Shown piece by piece: positions 32,887 to 45,226 of a DNA stretch of 64,000 nucleotides (the stretch's first letter is position 1; each line of letters starts with the position of its first letter). Location of the stretch: NCBI GenBank assembly GCA_012862495.1, contig BLSG01000411.1, positions 344,817-408,816 of the forward strand. Reading direction: 5' to 3'. Under the pieces are notes generated by a model. It worked only from the letters and a program-made list of their open reading frames with translations, did no database searches and was not told where the DNA came from. The translations under genes were made by a program, and so were the position numbers. This DNA comes from Thraustochytrium aureum. Lineage: Eukaryota.

Positions 32887-35800
32887 ATGGAGCAGCTGCT
32901 TGACAGCTCGCGTCCGCTGGACGTTGGCCTACTCGAGAGAACGGTAAACGTCCTCAACACGAGCGCCGACGCCGCCCTGCGGTCCCAGGCGGACAAGGTG
33001 CTAGTTGCGCTCAAGGAGAGCCCGAACGCATGGGAAAGCGCCGGGGCCGTGCTGGAGCAGTCCCAGGACATGCCCACAAAATTTTTCGCTCTTCAGGTTT
33101 TGGAAGACACGATCAAGTTCCGGTGGAAGGCGCTCCCGGGCGAGCAGCGCCAGGGCATCCGCAACTATGTGGTGAAGAAGATCATCGACGTTTCAGGCAG
33201 CGAGGAGCTGGTGGCGCAGCGGCCGGTGAGAATGTTCCTCGGCAAGCTCAATCTCCTGCTGGTGCACATCCTCAAGCACGAGTGGCCGCAGAACTGGCCC
33301 AACTTTATCCCCGAGATCGTCGACTCGAGCTCGAAGAGCGAGCTGCTGTGTGAAAACAACATGCTGGTCCTCAAGCTCCTGAGCGAGGAGGTTTTCGACT
33401 TTAGCAAGGAGGAGATGACCACGGACAAAGTAATGGCCATGAAACAGCAGCTCAACGCCGAGTTTAAGCGCATCTTCGACCTGTGCCAGCTCGTGCTCAA
33501 CCAGTCGACGCGGCCTGGCCTGGTCACCGTGACTCTGCAGACCCTCCTGCGGTTCCTCGCATGGATCCCATTCGGGTACGTGTTTGAGACGCCGCTCGTG
33601 GAGCAGCTGGCGACCAAGTTCCTGGTCAACCCCGCGTTCCGCAACGACGCGCTGGCCTGCCTGACGGAAATCGCCTATTTGGAACAGCCCCAGTACGACG
33701 GCGTGTTCCGCAGCATTTTCATGGGGGTGATGAGCTTGCTGGAGATCCAGCTGCCACCCGAGACCGATATCCCGCGCGAGTACGACAGAGCCGGGGAGCG
33801 CGAGCGCGCCTTCATCCGCGGGCTGAGCCTGTTCCTCAGCACCTTTTTTACCAAGNNNNNNNNNNNNNNNNNNNNNNNNNNNNNNNNNNNNNNNNNNNNN
33901 NNNNNNNNNNNNNNNNNNNNNNNNNNNNNNNNNNNNNNNNNNNNNNNNNNNNNNNNNNNNNNNNNNNNNNNNNNNNNNNNNNNNNNNNNNNNNNNNNNNN
34001 NNNNNNNNNNNNNNNNNNNNNNNNNNNNNNNNNNNNNNNNNNNNNNNNNNNNNNNNNNNNNNNNNNNNNNNNNNNNNNNNNNNNNNNNNNNNNNNNNNNN
34101 NNNNNNNNNNNNNNNNNNNNNNNNNNNNNNNNNNNNNNNNNNNNNNNNNNNNNNNNNNNNNNNNNNNNNNNNNNNNNNNNNNNNNNNNNNNNNNNNNNNN
34201 NNNNNNNNNNNNNNNNNNNNNNNNNNNNNNNNNNNNNNNNNNNNNNNNNNNNNNNNNNNNNNNNNNNNNNNNNNNNNNNNNNNNNNNNNNNNNNNNNNNN
34301 NNNNNNNNNNNNNNNNNNNNNNNNNNNNNNNNNNNNNNNNNNNNNNNNNNNNNNNNNNNNNNNNNNNNNNNNNNNNNNNNNNNNNNNNNNNNNNNNNNNN
34401 NNNNNNNNNNNNNNNNNNNNNNNNNNNNNNNNNNNNNNNNNNNNNNNNNNNNNNNNNNNNNNNNNNNNNNNNNNNNNNNNNNNNNNNNNNNNNNNNNNNN
34501 NNNNNNNNNNNNNNNNNNNNNNNNNNNNNNNNNNNNNNNNNNNNNNNNNNNNNNNNNNNNNNNNNNNNNNNNNNNNNNNNNNNNNNNNNNNNNNNNNNNN
34601 NNNNNNNNNNNNNNNNNNNNNNNNNNNNNNNNNNNNNNNNNNNNNNNNNNNNNNNNNNNNNNNNNNNNNNNNNNNNNNNNNNNNNNNNNNNNNNNNNNNN
34701 NNNNNNNNNNNNNNNNNNNNNNNNNNNNNNNNNNNNNNNNNNNNNNNNNNNNNACCGAGCTCAACGCGCTGCAAGAGATGGCAGACATCCTGCGGATCAA
34801 CGTCCGCGTCTGCAAGGCGACCGGGTACGCGTTCCGGCCGCAGCTCATGAGCATCTACCTCGACATGCTGAACGTGTACACGTTCCACAGCGGCAACATC
34901 ACGCGGAGCGTGGCCGAGCAGGGCGAGGTCGCGGTGCAGTTCAAGCTCGTCAAGGTGATGCGCGTCGTCAAGGTCGAAATCCTCAAGCTCATCGAGACCT
35001 TCGTCTCTGCCGCCGACGACCCGCGCGACATCGCCGAAAACTTTTGCCCCCCGCTCTTAGAGCCCGTGCTCGGGGACTACGGCCAGAGCCCGCCCGCGGT
35101 GCGCAACCACGAGGCCCTGCAGCTTTTCACGGCGATAGTGAACAAGCTCGGCGACCAGGCGTCGATGGCGCTCGGCGGGACGTTGGTGGAGAAGATTCTT
35201 GCCCCCGTCTTCAACCCGACGCTCGCCATGATCACAACCAACTTTACCGACTTTCCGGAGCACCGCATCAAGTTTTACAAGCTCCTCAAGGCCCTGAACC
35301 GGTTCTGCTTCGAGCGCCTCTTCTCGGTCCCGGAAGAGACGCAAACGAACGTCATCAACGCCATCGTGTGGGCCTTCAAGCACACCGAGCGCACAGTCTC
35401 TGAGACCGGGCTAGAGATCACCGAGAAGCTCTTGGCCAACGTGGCGTCCGCCCCGGACTCGTTCTCGCAGCCCTTTTACCAAAAGTACTACGTCAGCCTG
35501 CTCCAGGACGTCCTGTACGTGCTGACCGACCGCCTGCACAAGAGCTCGTTCACGATGCACGCCACCATTCTGCAGAGCCTCTTCCGGGCCGTGTTTCAGA
35601 ACAAGGTCAAGGTCCCGCTGCGCGACGGTGTCACGGACAACCAGGTGTTTTTGCAGTGCCATGTCAGCACCATGATCGTTGAGGCCTTCCCCAACGTCGG
35701 CCCGAAGGTGGCGCAAGACTTTGTCGTCGGCATGTTTGACCCCCAGAAGGACTTTACCCTCTTCAAGACGCACGTGCGCGACTTTCTCGTGCGGCTTCGC

Positions 35801-35950
35801 GAGTTTTCCGCCGACGACGACGTCAACGAGCTCTACGCCTTGGAGGCTGAGGAAGAGCGCCGCCGCAAGCAGCAGCAAGACCTGCAGCAACGCGCGACCA
35901 TCCCGGGGCTCCTCACGCAGGCGGAGCGGGATGCCATGGCCGACCTTTGA
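32887..35950 (+). CDS. XPO1: Exportin-1 / CRM1, paralogue B; central gap 33856-34753
   Basis: ATG at 32887 (MEQLLDSSRPLDVGLLE). Same motif series as copy A: KLNLLLVHILKHEWP, CENNM, IYLDMLNVY, DFPEHRIKF, WAFKHTER, FKTHVRDFLV. Ends MADL*. Confidence 0.97.
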
Positions 35951-36391
35951 CGGGCCGAGCTGCCGCGATACTGCTCGTGCGTTTCGACGCTCTCTCTCTC
36001 GCGCCACGACTGGCCAAGCTGGGCCGAAAGACCGAGAAATGCACGTACACATTTTTTCCCTTGTCTGAACAGAGCTTCATTACTCTTCTCAGTGTCAGTG
36101 GCCGAGCGCTCGCTGCTCGGCCCTTGCTAATGCGTTGGTTGCAGAGTTGATTTTGGTTGAATCGGAACGGAACGGACGCCTCGCGAGAGGGCTTGCTCTC
36201 GAGGTCGGTCAAGGCTGGATACTTTGGCGGCGGGCGAGGAGTGCACGCTTCGCAAACGTTGCCGGCGCGCACAGCAGCCAAACAGTCAAGGGCAACGAGC
36301 ATACGGGGCCGCTCGCGGGAGAGGCAGACGGCGCGGCTCTGCGGAGGCTCGCTCCCCGGGCAAACTGCATATCGCAATAGAGAAGATGCGC

Positions 36392-37255
<864 letters not shown>

Positions 37256-37762
37256 CTTCCCGTGCGCGCCTCGCGCTGGTCCCTGCCCTGCCTGCCCTGC
37301 CTGCCACTGCCGCTGCCTGCCTTCCGCCTCCGCTCCCACTCCTGGTCTGCCCGCAGCTCTTCTCCTGCTTGCTCGCTCGCCTCTCCACCCACGCGCGTCT
37401 CGTGTGGATGCCAGAGCGCGCCCTCGGTAGACCCTCAGGCGCCCTCGAAAGATCCCTGGCAAACCAGCACCCCGCACGCAGCCGACTCTGTCGCTGGCGC
37501 GAGGCCGCCCCCAGCCAACGAATGGCAGCACGGCCCAGCAGCCAGAACCCTAACCGCTGTCGGCCCTGCGTCCGACCCGGTGTTGCCGGTGGATCCGTTC
37601 TGGATGGTTTGGCGCGGTGGCGGGGATTGCGGCGGGCGCCGGAGTGGGCGAGGCCTGCGCGCCTGCGTGCCTGCGGCGCGGGCGAAGGCGCGGTGCGGGA
37701 GATGCGGTGCGGGAGATTGGAGATGGTCGCTCGGGTCCGCCGAGGTTCGTTTTTTTTTTTCA

Positions 37763-38780
37763 CTACATGCGAGAGCGGCGCTGCTGCGTGACAGCGTCCA
37801 GCAGCGACACGAGCCCAAGCAGAGCCCGCACGGACGGGACCTGCACGCCCACGCGGTCGGCGACCTCCACCACGCTAGACAGAATCACCGTCTCGAGCGC
37901 TTTGCCTTGCTCGACGTCCTGCAGCATCGAGGTCTTGTGCCCCCCGACGCGCGCCACGCCCTCCAAGCGACGCTCGGTCGAGACGCGCATGGCGCACCCG
38001 AGCGCCTCGGCGACGCGCTTCGTCTCCTCCATACAGTCGACGCACAGTTGACGCGACAACGGGTTCGCAAGCACATCGTTCAGCAGCGCCCCCGTGAGCG
38101 CAGTGACAGGGTTGAAGCAGACGTTGCCAAGAAGCTTGAGCCACACCTCCTCTCGAAAATCGGCACGCACGGGCGCCAGAAACCCCGCGCGCTCCAACGA
38201 GGCGGAGAGAGCCTTGGCGCGAGGAGAAATGCTGCGGTCCGGCTCGCCCAGCGGAAAAGCTCGCCCTTCCACGTGTCGCACCGTCCCTGGAGCGGTGATC
38301 TCCGCCCCTGGAAACGCGATACAGCCCACGACGCGCTCGAGCCGCAACGTCGCGAGCTCGCCGGTGGGGTCGAGCGACTTGAGCTTGATGCCGTCCAGGG
38401 CGCCGCCGTGCTTGTAAAAGTACCACCAGGGCAGCCCGTTCTGGATTGGGAGGATTACCGTGCGCTCATGGCAAATTCGCTCTATGTCCCGCGCGATCGG
38501 CGCGATCTGGTGCGCTTTGACGGCCAGCACTACCACGTCAAAGGTGCCGAGCTCGCCAAGGCTCTCTGCGAGGTGCACCTCTGTGCACAGGCGCTCCTCG
38601 CCCGACCTGGACACGACCCTGACGCCCGCCGGCGGCCCGCATCGCCGCAAGGTGCGGCCCTCTAGCCACCAAGGTCACTTGCTTTCCAGCCAGCTCGGCC
38701 AGCCTTGCGCCCATCAGGGCGCCGATCGCGCCGGCGCCGACGATGCACCACGAGTCCATCGCCGCGTCCGCGACGGCCAT
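37763..38780 (-). CDS. panE: 2-dehydropantoate 2-reductase (PanE/ApbA family); one frameshift near 38627
   Basis: WCIVGAGAIG, VARGPHLAAM, VVLAVKAHQ, IQNGLPWWYF, LGEPD, VWLKLLGN..FNPVTALT, KTSMLQDVEQGKALE. Confidence 0.9.
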
Positions 38781-40176
38781 TCTTCGCGCTCGCGACCGCC
38801 CGCAGCAGCCTTCCGCGGCGTGCCCTCCCGCCCCCACCGCGCTAGCGCTCCAGCCTCTCCAGCGCGCGAGCGGAGCCAAGTGTGCTGGCAAGCGCGCGAG
38901 CGTCAAGGCCCAGAGCTGCAATGGCGCTCGCGACTCGCGAGAATGGGCGCCGCGAAGGGCCATTGGGCTCGGTTTCGGGTCGGAGGACGGGCCTGGGCAG
39001 CCCGACCACGAGGGCTGCGTCAGATGTAGCCAGACTGAGCCAGCAGGGCCTCTCGTCGACCACGGCCAGAGAGCAAGAGCTCCCGCGAGCTCCCTGAGTG
39101 AGCTCTTGAGAAAGAATGGCGCGAGCGCGAGAAAGCAGACCGGCGCGCCGGAAAAGCAGAGCAGCGCCGACGCGGAGAACGGCTGGAGAGGCGTGGTTGG
39201 CGCAAGCGATCTCGCGCCGCGCTCCATTGTGGCCCGCCTCAATTCTGTTTCCGCTCGAAGAGTGATTTGACGCTGCATGGGGAACGAAGGTCCTTGCGTA
39301 CAGTTTCGGTCACCACGGGCTGGCTGGTCGCACCTTCAGGCGGTNNNNNNNNNNNNNNNNNNNNNNNNNNNNNNNNNNNNNNNNNNNNNNNNNNNNNNNN
39401 NNNNNNNNNNNNNNNNNNNNNNNNNNNNNNNNNNNNNNNNNNNNNNNNNNNNNNNNNNNNNNNNNNNNNNNNNNNNNNNNNNNNNNNNNNNNNNNNNNNN
39501 NNNNNNNNNNNNNNNNNNNNNNNNNNNNNNNNNNNNNNNNNNNNNNNNNNNNNNNNNNNNNNNNNNNNNNNNNNNNNNNNNNNNNNNNNNNNNNNNNNNN
39601 NNNNNNNNNNNNNNNNNNNNNNNNNNNNNNNNNNNNNNNNNNNNNNNNNNNNNNNNNNNNNNNNNNNNNNNNNNNNNNNNNNNNNNNNNNNNNNNNNNNN
39701 NNNNNNNNNNNNNNNNNNNNNNNNNNNNNNNNGCTGAATGGGCCCGACTGCGTGACGTGCCTGCAACCGTCCTCTTCGCCATGGATGAGTAGGCGCCGTT
39801 CACGTGCGGCAAGCCCTTTCGGGAGGGCGAGCTGTACCGGCCGCGCCCACCCGCAGACCACTACTACGGACTCGAGGCGGAATGCATGATGGACACAGAG
39901 CGGAGCCCCGTGGTCCAGGTCTACCACTACATGTGCTTGACGGGATGAAAGCACAGCGTCCTGTCAACGGGACTGCATTCGTATTTATTGTGCAGCGAGG
40001 CCGATGGCGAACGTTAAAGCGTGGATGTCCTGGGGACAGCTCTGCTTCGAATTTGAGAAAGGTTGAGCTGTCTTGATTCTCCCGCGTGATGCAAAGTGAT
40101 GCAAGGTTAATTTGGCTTTCTTTCCCTGACTTGTGTATCTGTTCATAAAACTGCAGCGTGTGATGAGCTATCAGTG

Positions 40177-40911
40177 TCAGTGGCGTAGCACGACGAGGCC
40201 AGCTAGCATGGTAGCCAGCGCGAGGCTCACGACTCCAGTCGTAGCCGACGAGATTGGCGAGGTCAATGACGTTGACGCAGTTTCCAGAGAACTCTTGCAA
40301 TCCAAAGTGCAACCCTGCGCCTTCGATTGTAGGTCGCAGGTGTGCTCAGCAGCGTCAAGGCACGACGACATGCACTTGGTCAAAATTTGCTCAGTCACCA
40401 ATTTCTGAATTTCGCACTTTGAAGAACCAACCTCGGGGTCGAACTCGGTCGTCGTGAGACAAGGAACCACGTCATTCAACTTGCAAGTCTTGTGGTCGCT
40501 GCAAAACTTGATGTTCGGGCAGTCCGGCGTAGCCGGAATACCATTCAGGACTGATTGGATTGTGCACTCTGCGAAAACTTCGGCCTCGCACTTGTTGACC
40601 GCAGCACACGCCTTTTCAGCGCCCACCCACAGCTCCAACTTCTCGCAGTACTGCGGATCGACGTGGGCTGGGCCAATCCTGTGCTCGTGGTCGATCGGAG
40701 CGATGCCGTACTTTTGAGCGGCCTCGTTCATGCAAGCTGCGTACGTTTGCGGGTTGCAGCTCGAGCCTTGGATTGCAAACGGGATTGCCCGCGGCGCGTG
40801 GAGCGACGCCTTCTTGGTTCCAAGTGCCGCAACGAATTGGGCGCCTTCGAGCGAGCCGCTGGCTTGGGCCGTGAAAAGCGCGCCGCTGGTGAGAATGGCG
40901 AGGAGTTTCAT
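40177..40911 (-). CDS. Small secreted Cys-rich protein, probably GPI-anchored
   Basis: Signal peptide MKLLAILTSGALFTAQA, about 15 Cys, a Ser/Thr-rich linker and a hydrophobic C-terminal tail (SSATTGVVSLALATMLAGLVVLRH*). Confidence 0.75.
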   Translation of the reverse strand: MKLLAILTSGALFTAQASGSLEGAQFVAALGTKKASLHAPRAIPFAIQGSSCNPQTYAACMNEAAQKYGIAPIDHEHRIGPAHVDPQYCEKLELWVGAEKACAAVNKCEAEVFAECTIQSVLNGIPATPDCPNIKFCSDHKTCKLNDVVPCLTTTEFDPEVGSSKCEIQKLVTEQILTKCMSSCLDAAEHTCDLQSKAQGCTLDCKSSLETASTSLTSPISSATTGVVSLALATMLAGLVVLRH

Positions 40912-41042
40912 CGTGGTTCGAGGTAATCTGCTTGCGTGCGTGCGTGCTTGCTTGATCAAGAATGGTTTTCGCTAGCCCAGGTGGGCTTTCTTGACTTGGT
41001 CGCGATTGGGGTCTGCTTCAGTTTCAGCTACCCGTTGCGTGC

Positions 41043-41460
41043 AAAACGGAGCGTCCAGGTCCTGAATTACAAGGTGGCTTCGTTGCATCCATGCGGTTGC
41101 TATGCCAATTGATCAATTGGTTCCCAAATAGCGTGTTCTTTCGTGGCACACGGCGCAAACTGTACAAGAGCGTACTAGCTAGAGCTTGTGCTTGCGCTCA
41201 ATCATCAACGTTGCAAGGTGGCGCAAAACGGCGTAAAACGGAGCATCCAGGTCCTGAATTACAAGTTGGTTTCGTTGCTTCCATGTGGTTGCAATGGCCA
41301 AATGATCAATTGATCCCAAATTGCGTGCTCTTTCGTGGCACGCGGCGCTAAAAGACTAGAGCTTGTCCTCGCGCTCAACTAAACATTGCAAGGCGGCGCA
41401 AGGCGGCGCAAGGCGGGCGGGGGCGGGCGGCTCGTGCCACGAAAGAGTACACGCGATTTG
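41043..41460. repeat. Two imperfect ~190-bp direct repeats plus an inverted copy of an internal 25-27-bp motif
   Basis: Units start at 41043 and 41235 (aaaacggagc.tccaggtcctgaattacaag). Motif CAAAT.GCGTG.TCTTTCGTGGCAC occurs at 41125 and 41317, and inverted at 41434-41460. Confidence 0.9.
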
Positions 41461-42044
41461 TACGTCGTCGGACTTGCACTGTGAGTGCCACATCGCCGGA
41501 ACTCACAACGACAAGTCACTGCTTGTGAGCCAGCCCTGCCCCGAGCTGGCCCAAGCCTTCCTCGAAAGTGGAACGGTACGATTGCTTGACGAATGCGACT
41601 CATTTGTGAGCCTAACGGTACGGTGTTGACATGAAACACCAGCAGGCCAAAAGGGTTGGCACAGGCCACTTTCGGCGAAGCGTGGCCAGGAGCCCAACAG
41701 CCTGCTCGCCCGTTCCCCAGCCACCAGAGGCTCTAGCTTGCTAGAGCCGTCCTGCGACAGCCAGCCTTGCACTTAGCACCTTGCTATCGTCACGAAAACA
41801 ATATGATTGTCGATGCCAAGTCGATCCATTCGCGCAGATCGCGCCACAGCCGATTTGGTTCACGGGCTAGCGGCACGAGTCGTCTAGGTGGCCGCGGAGC
41901 CTTCCGTGGTGCGATCCAGGGCGCTCTCGGCGTTTCTCGCAGTCCGCGTGGCCAGGTCGCCGACCTCGTCATGTCGCGCCTGATGACCTCGCCGTTGCAG
42001 CCGGCTGTTCTCCCCAAATAGGTAGGGTACCTACACGAAAACAG

Positions 42045-42212
42045 TTGGCAAGCGTGCGGCTGACAGAGAGCTCCCCGGCCGTGGCCAACTCCATCATCGA
42101 CGAGCTCTCCATCAACCTACTACATCCCCTTGTAGTGCAAATCAACGATGATCACATCCAGAGCCTGAACGGCAACACGGACGAGCAGCCGCAGGACCTG
42201 CAGCAAGCGGCT
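42045..42212 (+). other. Possible coding exon fragment running into a gap
   Basis: After a CAG, the frame LASVRLTESSPAVANSIIDELSINLLHPLVVQINDDHIQSLNGNTDEQPQDLQQA has coding-like GC3 bias. No homology recognised. Confidence 0.3.
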
Positions 42213-42334
42213 NNNNNNNNNNNNNNNNNNNNNNNNNNNNNNNNNNNNNNNNNNNNNNNNNNNNNNNNNNNNNNNNNNNNNNNNNNNNNNNNNNNNNNNN
42301 NNNNNNNNNNCTGCGGGCGTCTTTGCGGGTGTCT

Positions 42335-42382
42335 CTGCGGGCAACGCTGCGGGCAACGCTGCGGGCAACGCTGCGGGCAACG
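42335..42382. repeat. 12-bp tandem repeat x4
   Basis: ctgcgggcaacg x4, with degenerate copies just upstream. Confidence 0.9.
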
Positions 42383-42585
42383 CGCCAGCGTAAGTAGGCA
42401 GGTGCGCCTGTGCGGTCGGCGGGCCTGCTGTTCGGGCCAGCCGGCTCCTGCCGCGTCGCGCCTTGCTGCACGCTAGCGCGCGCCAGCGACCTGCTTGCTG
42501 GTGGACTGGAGTCTTCGCGTCGGGCAGCAGGAAGGAACGCCGCAGAGGAACGCCGCGAGCGAGTTTGCTGCGTACGTTTGACGGA

Positions 42586-44995
42586 ATGGAAGAGGGGGCG
42601 CTTGGGTCAAACGCGGCGCCGCCACGGCCGCCTGCCAGGGCCAAACGGCCTGACCTGGGCGAGCCTGCGCCTTCAACAGCTACGATTGGGGCAGAAGGGT
42701 CCGGGTCGAGCGACGACGAGGACCAGCAGAACGGGTCCACCGCGGAGGCCGCCACAACAAGCGAGGACGAGGGCGACTCCACAGAGGAAACGGATCCAAG
42801 TCTCCCTGGCAACGGCGCGGCCGCGTCACTATCGCAGCAGGTCAAGGGGACTGCGGATTATGCAAGCGCCAGGGACCCTGCCTCTCCTTCGAGTGCAAGA
42901 TCCAAACTGCAAGGCGGCGACGGTGCAAAGGACTCTGCAAGCGCCAGGGAGCCTGCCTCTCCTTCGAGTGCAAGATCCAAACTGCAAGGGGGCGACGGTG
43001 CAAAGGACTCGCCCGGAACCGCTTCGCGGCTGTTGGGGATTGCGTCCAGAGCGTTCCAGAAGCGACCCGCGACGCTTGAGACGCCACAGTCGGCCAACAT
43101 GGTCGGAAGCTTTGATGAGGCCTGCTCGTTCTCGCGCACTGTCGATGCAGTGACCCTCGTTGGGCGAAAAATGCCCATTTCGTCTGGCGCTGCGTGTGGC
43201 TACCTCTACCGCAGCTTCACAATGCTGCACAAGTCAGAGAGGCTCTACTATATTTTGGACGCTCCGCATCAAAGTCTGTACGAGTTCACCGACATGCCGT
43301 CTCCCGGCAAGCCGGCGGCGCCACGGACCACCATCCAGCTCGGGAACGCTCGGCTTGAAGACGAGATTGTGTGCTTGCGCTCATCGGGGGGGGTGCTGTA
43401 CAGTTGGAAGTTGTTCGCTCGCAGCGAAGCCGCCGATGGGCCCCTCAAGACGTACACGTTGGGGTCCAGCGCGATGCTGCATGCCAACTCGTGGCTGGAC
43501 GCTTTTCGGCAAGTAGTCGGCTCCACACTCTCGCGTCGCGAAACGTCTTCGTCCAAGAGCGATGCCGGCGAGCCTGCGAGTGCCGACGACGGCTCTGCAT
43601 CCAACTTGAGTCGAGAGCTCCGCTCGGCCACGCCAGTGCCCCGCGAAAGTGGGCGCGGGCCGAGAAGCGTTGGAGCTGCCTCCACAGAGACGGCTGATGT
43701 GCCCGGGCGCTCCTTTACGCCGCCCGAATCGCCCAACCGCGCCAAGCAGGAGTGGCACCAAGACGTCATGATCCATGGGAAAATGTATCGCATTCCGTGC
43801 ACGGGCATCTCCACGAACGCGTGGCTCCTGAGCGAGGCGATCCGCTCCTACATTCGGAGGAACGGCAAGGAGCCCAACCCAGAGCTGACCGGCCTTTACA
43901 ACACCTCGCAGCATCGACTTGTTGATCTCGCTGACGATGTGCGCCAGTCTGTTGCTCTTGGCGACGTCTTGGAAGCGATTTGCACCGAACCGGTCGAGGC
44001 GCCGACGCGACGGGGCAACGCAACTACTGACTGGGCACCGCGCAGGATTGGCGCGGGTGGATCCCGGCGTGCGCGCCACGAGTCTGGGACGGCGGCGAGC
44101 ACCGCGAGCCTGCGCAGCCTTGCAGAACTTGTCGACCCGCTCCAGCTGCGGGCCGCCATTGCGGCGAGCTCGCTACAGTTTCTCGACAACAGAGAGACGC
44201 TGGTGGAGCAGCTTATCACCCAGCTTGAGCTGCTGTGTCAGGCGCTCACGAATGCGGTGCCGTTTTGGCCCTCCGAGGCGTGGCGAATGGTCAGCATGGA
44301 GAACGGCGTTCGAATTTATCGCAAGGCTGCGCAAGGCCGCGAGCACGGTGTGCTAGGCATGATTACTGCACCTGCAAGCCCCCAAATGGTGCTTTCCAAG
44401 CTGCTTGATGCACGGGCGCAGCACGAGTGGGACCCGTTTGTGGCCTCAGCACGCTATCTTGTGAGTTGCAGTCGAGCTTTGTTGCCTGGTGGCGTCGAAG
44501 GCCGCATTCGTGCGACCGTTGCCAGTCTGCCGCTTGGCGTTGTACTAACACGCGCGCGATTCTGCGACGCAGGAGGTCTCTGACTCCTCGGATGTTGTCC
44601 ACTTTGAGACTAAGCGCTCTCTCGTGCAGCGCGCCAAGGTCCCTCTGCTCAACCCCCGCGACTTTTGCGTTTCGCGCTTTTGGGCCAAGTTGACGGACGG
44701 CACCTATATCGTATTGCTTGCCCCGAGCGAGCATCCGTGCTGCCCTCCGGCGGAGCCCTTGGTACCTCAGCTCGGCGCAGTTTTACCGCACCAAGTTCGC
44801 GGAAACTTGCTCGGCGCATACGCGCTGCGTCCGAGCCGAGAGTCGCAGCGCGGGTACGACGAGTGTCTGATAGTTTCGCTCTGCCACATGGACATAGACT
44901 CTCCCGTAGCGCGGCGGTTCGCCAACGAGCAGGTCCAAGTTGCGGCCACTTCTACGCTCGCCGGCTTGCGCGAGGCCTGCTCGGCGTCCAGCTAG
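42586..44995 (+). CDS. PH-domain + START-domain lipid-transfer-like protein; intron 44461-44572
   Basis: PH-like CGYLYRS...RLYYILD...YTLGSS...NSWLDAF. START-like WRMVSMENGVRIY...HEWDPF, spliced (GTGAGT..ACTAAC..CAG) in frame to DVVHFETK...PRDFCVSRFW..LTDGTYIV...SEHP.CPP. Confidence 0.82.
42862..43011 (+). repeat. Coding 75-bp tandem duplication (25 aa)
   Basis: ASARDPASPSSARSKLQGGDGAKDS followed by ASAREPASPSSARSKLQGGDGAKDS. Confidence 0.92.
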
Positions 44996-45226
44996 TCCTT
45001 TCGTTGCTGCTCGGCAGCGGAAGCCCCCGACAGGCGCGAAAGGCCGCGCGAACAGTCGCATGGCGAATTCGCAATCCGCTTTGTGAATCAATCCGGCCAA
45101 TTGAAAGTGCTCAACGTCTCGCGAGCTTGCCGATCCAATGAGCAAGTAAACGCGAAAAAGGCGACCGTCGTGTTCTGTTTTCTTTTGCAATACCCACCAG
45201 TACCAGCTTCACATGATATAAAAGCG

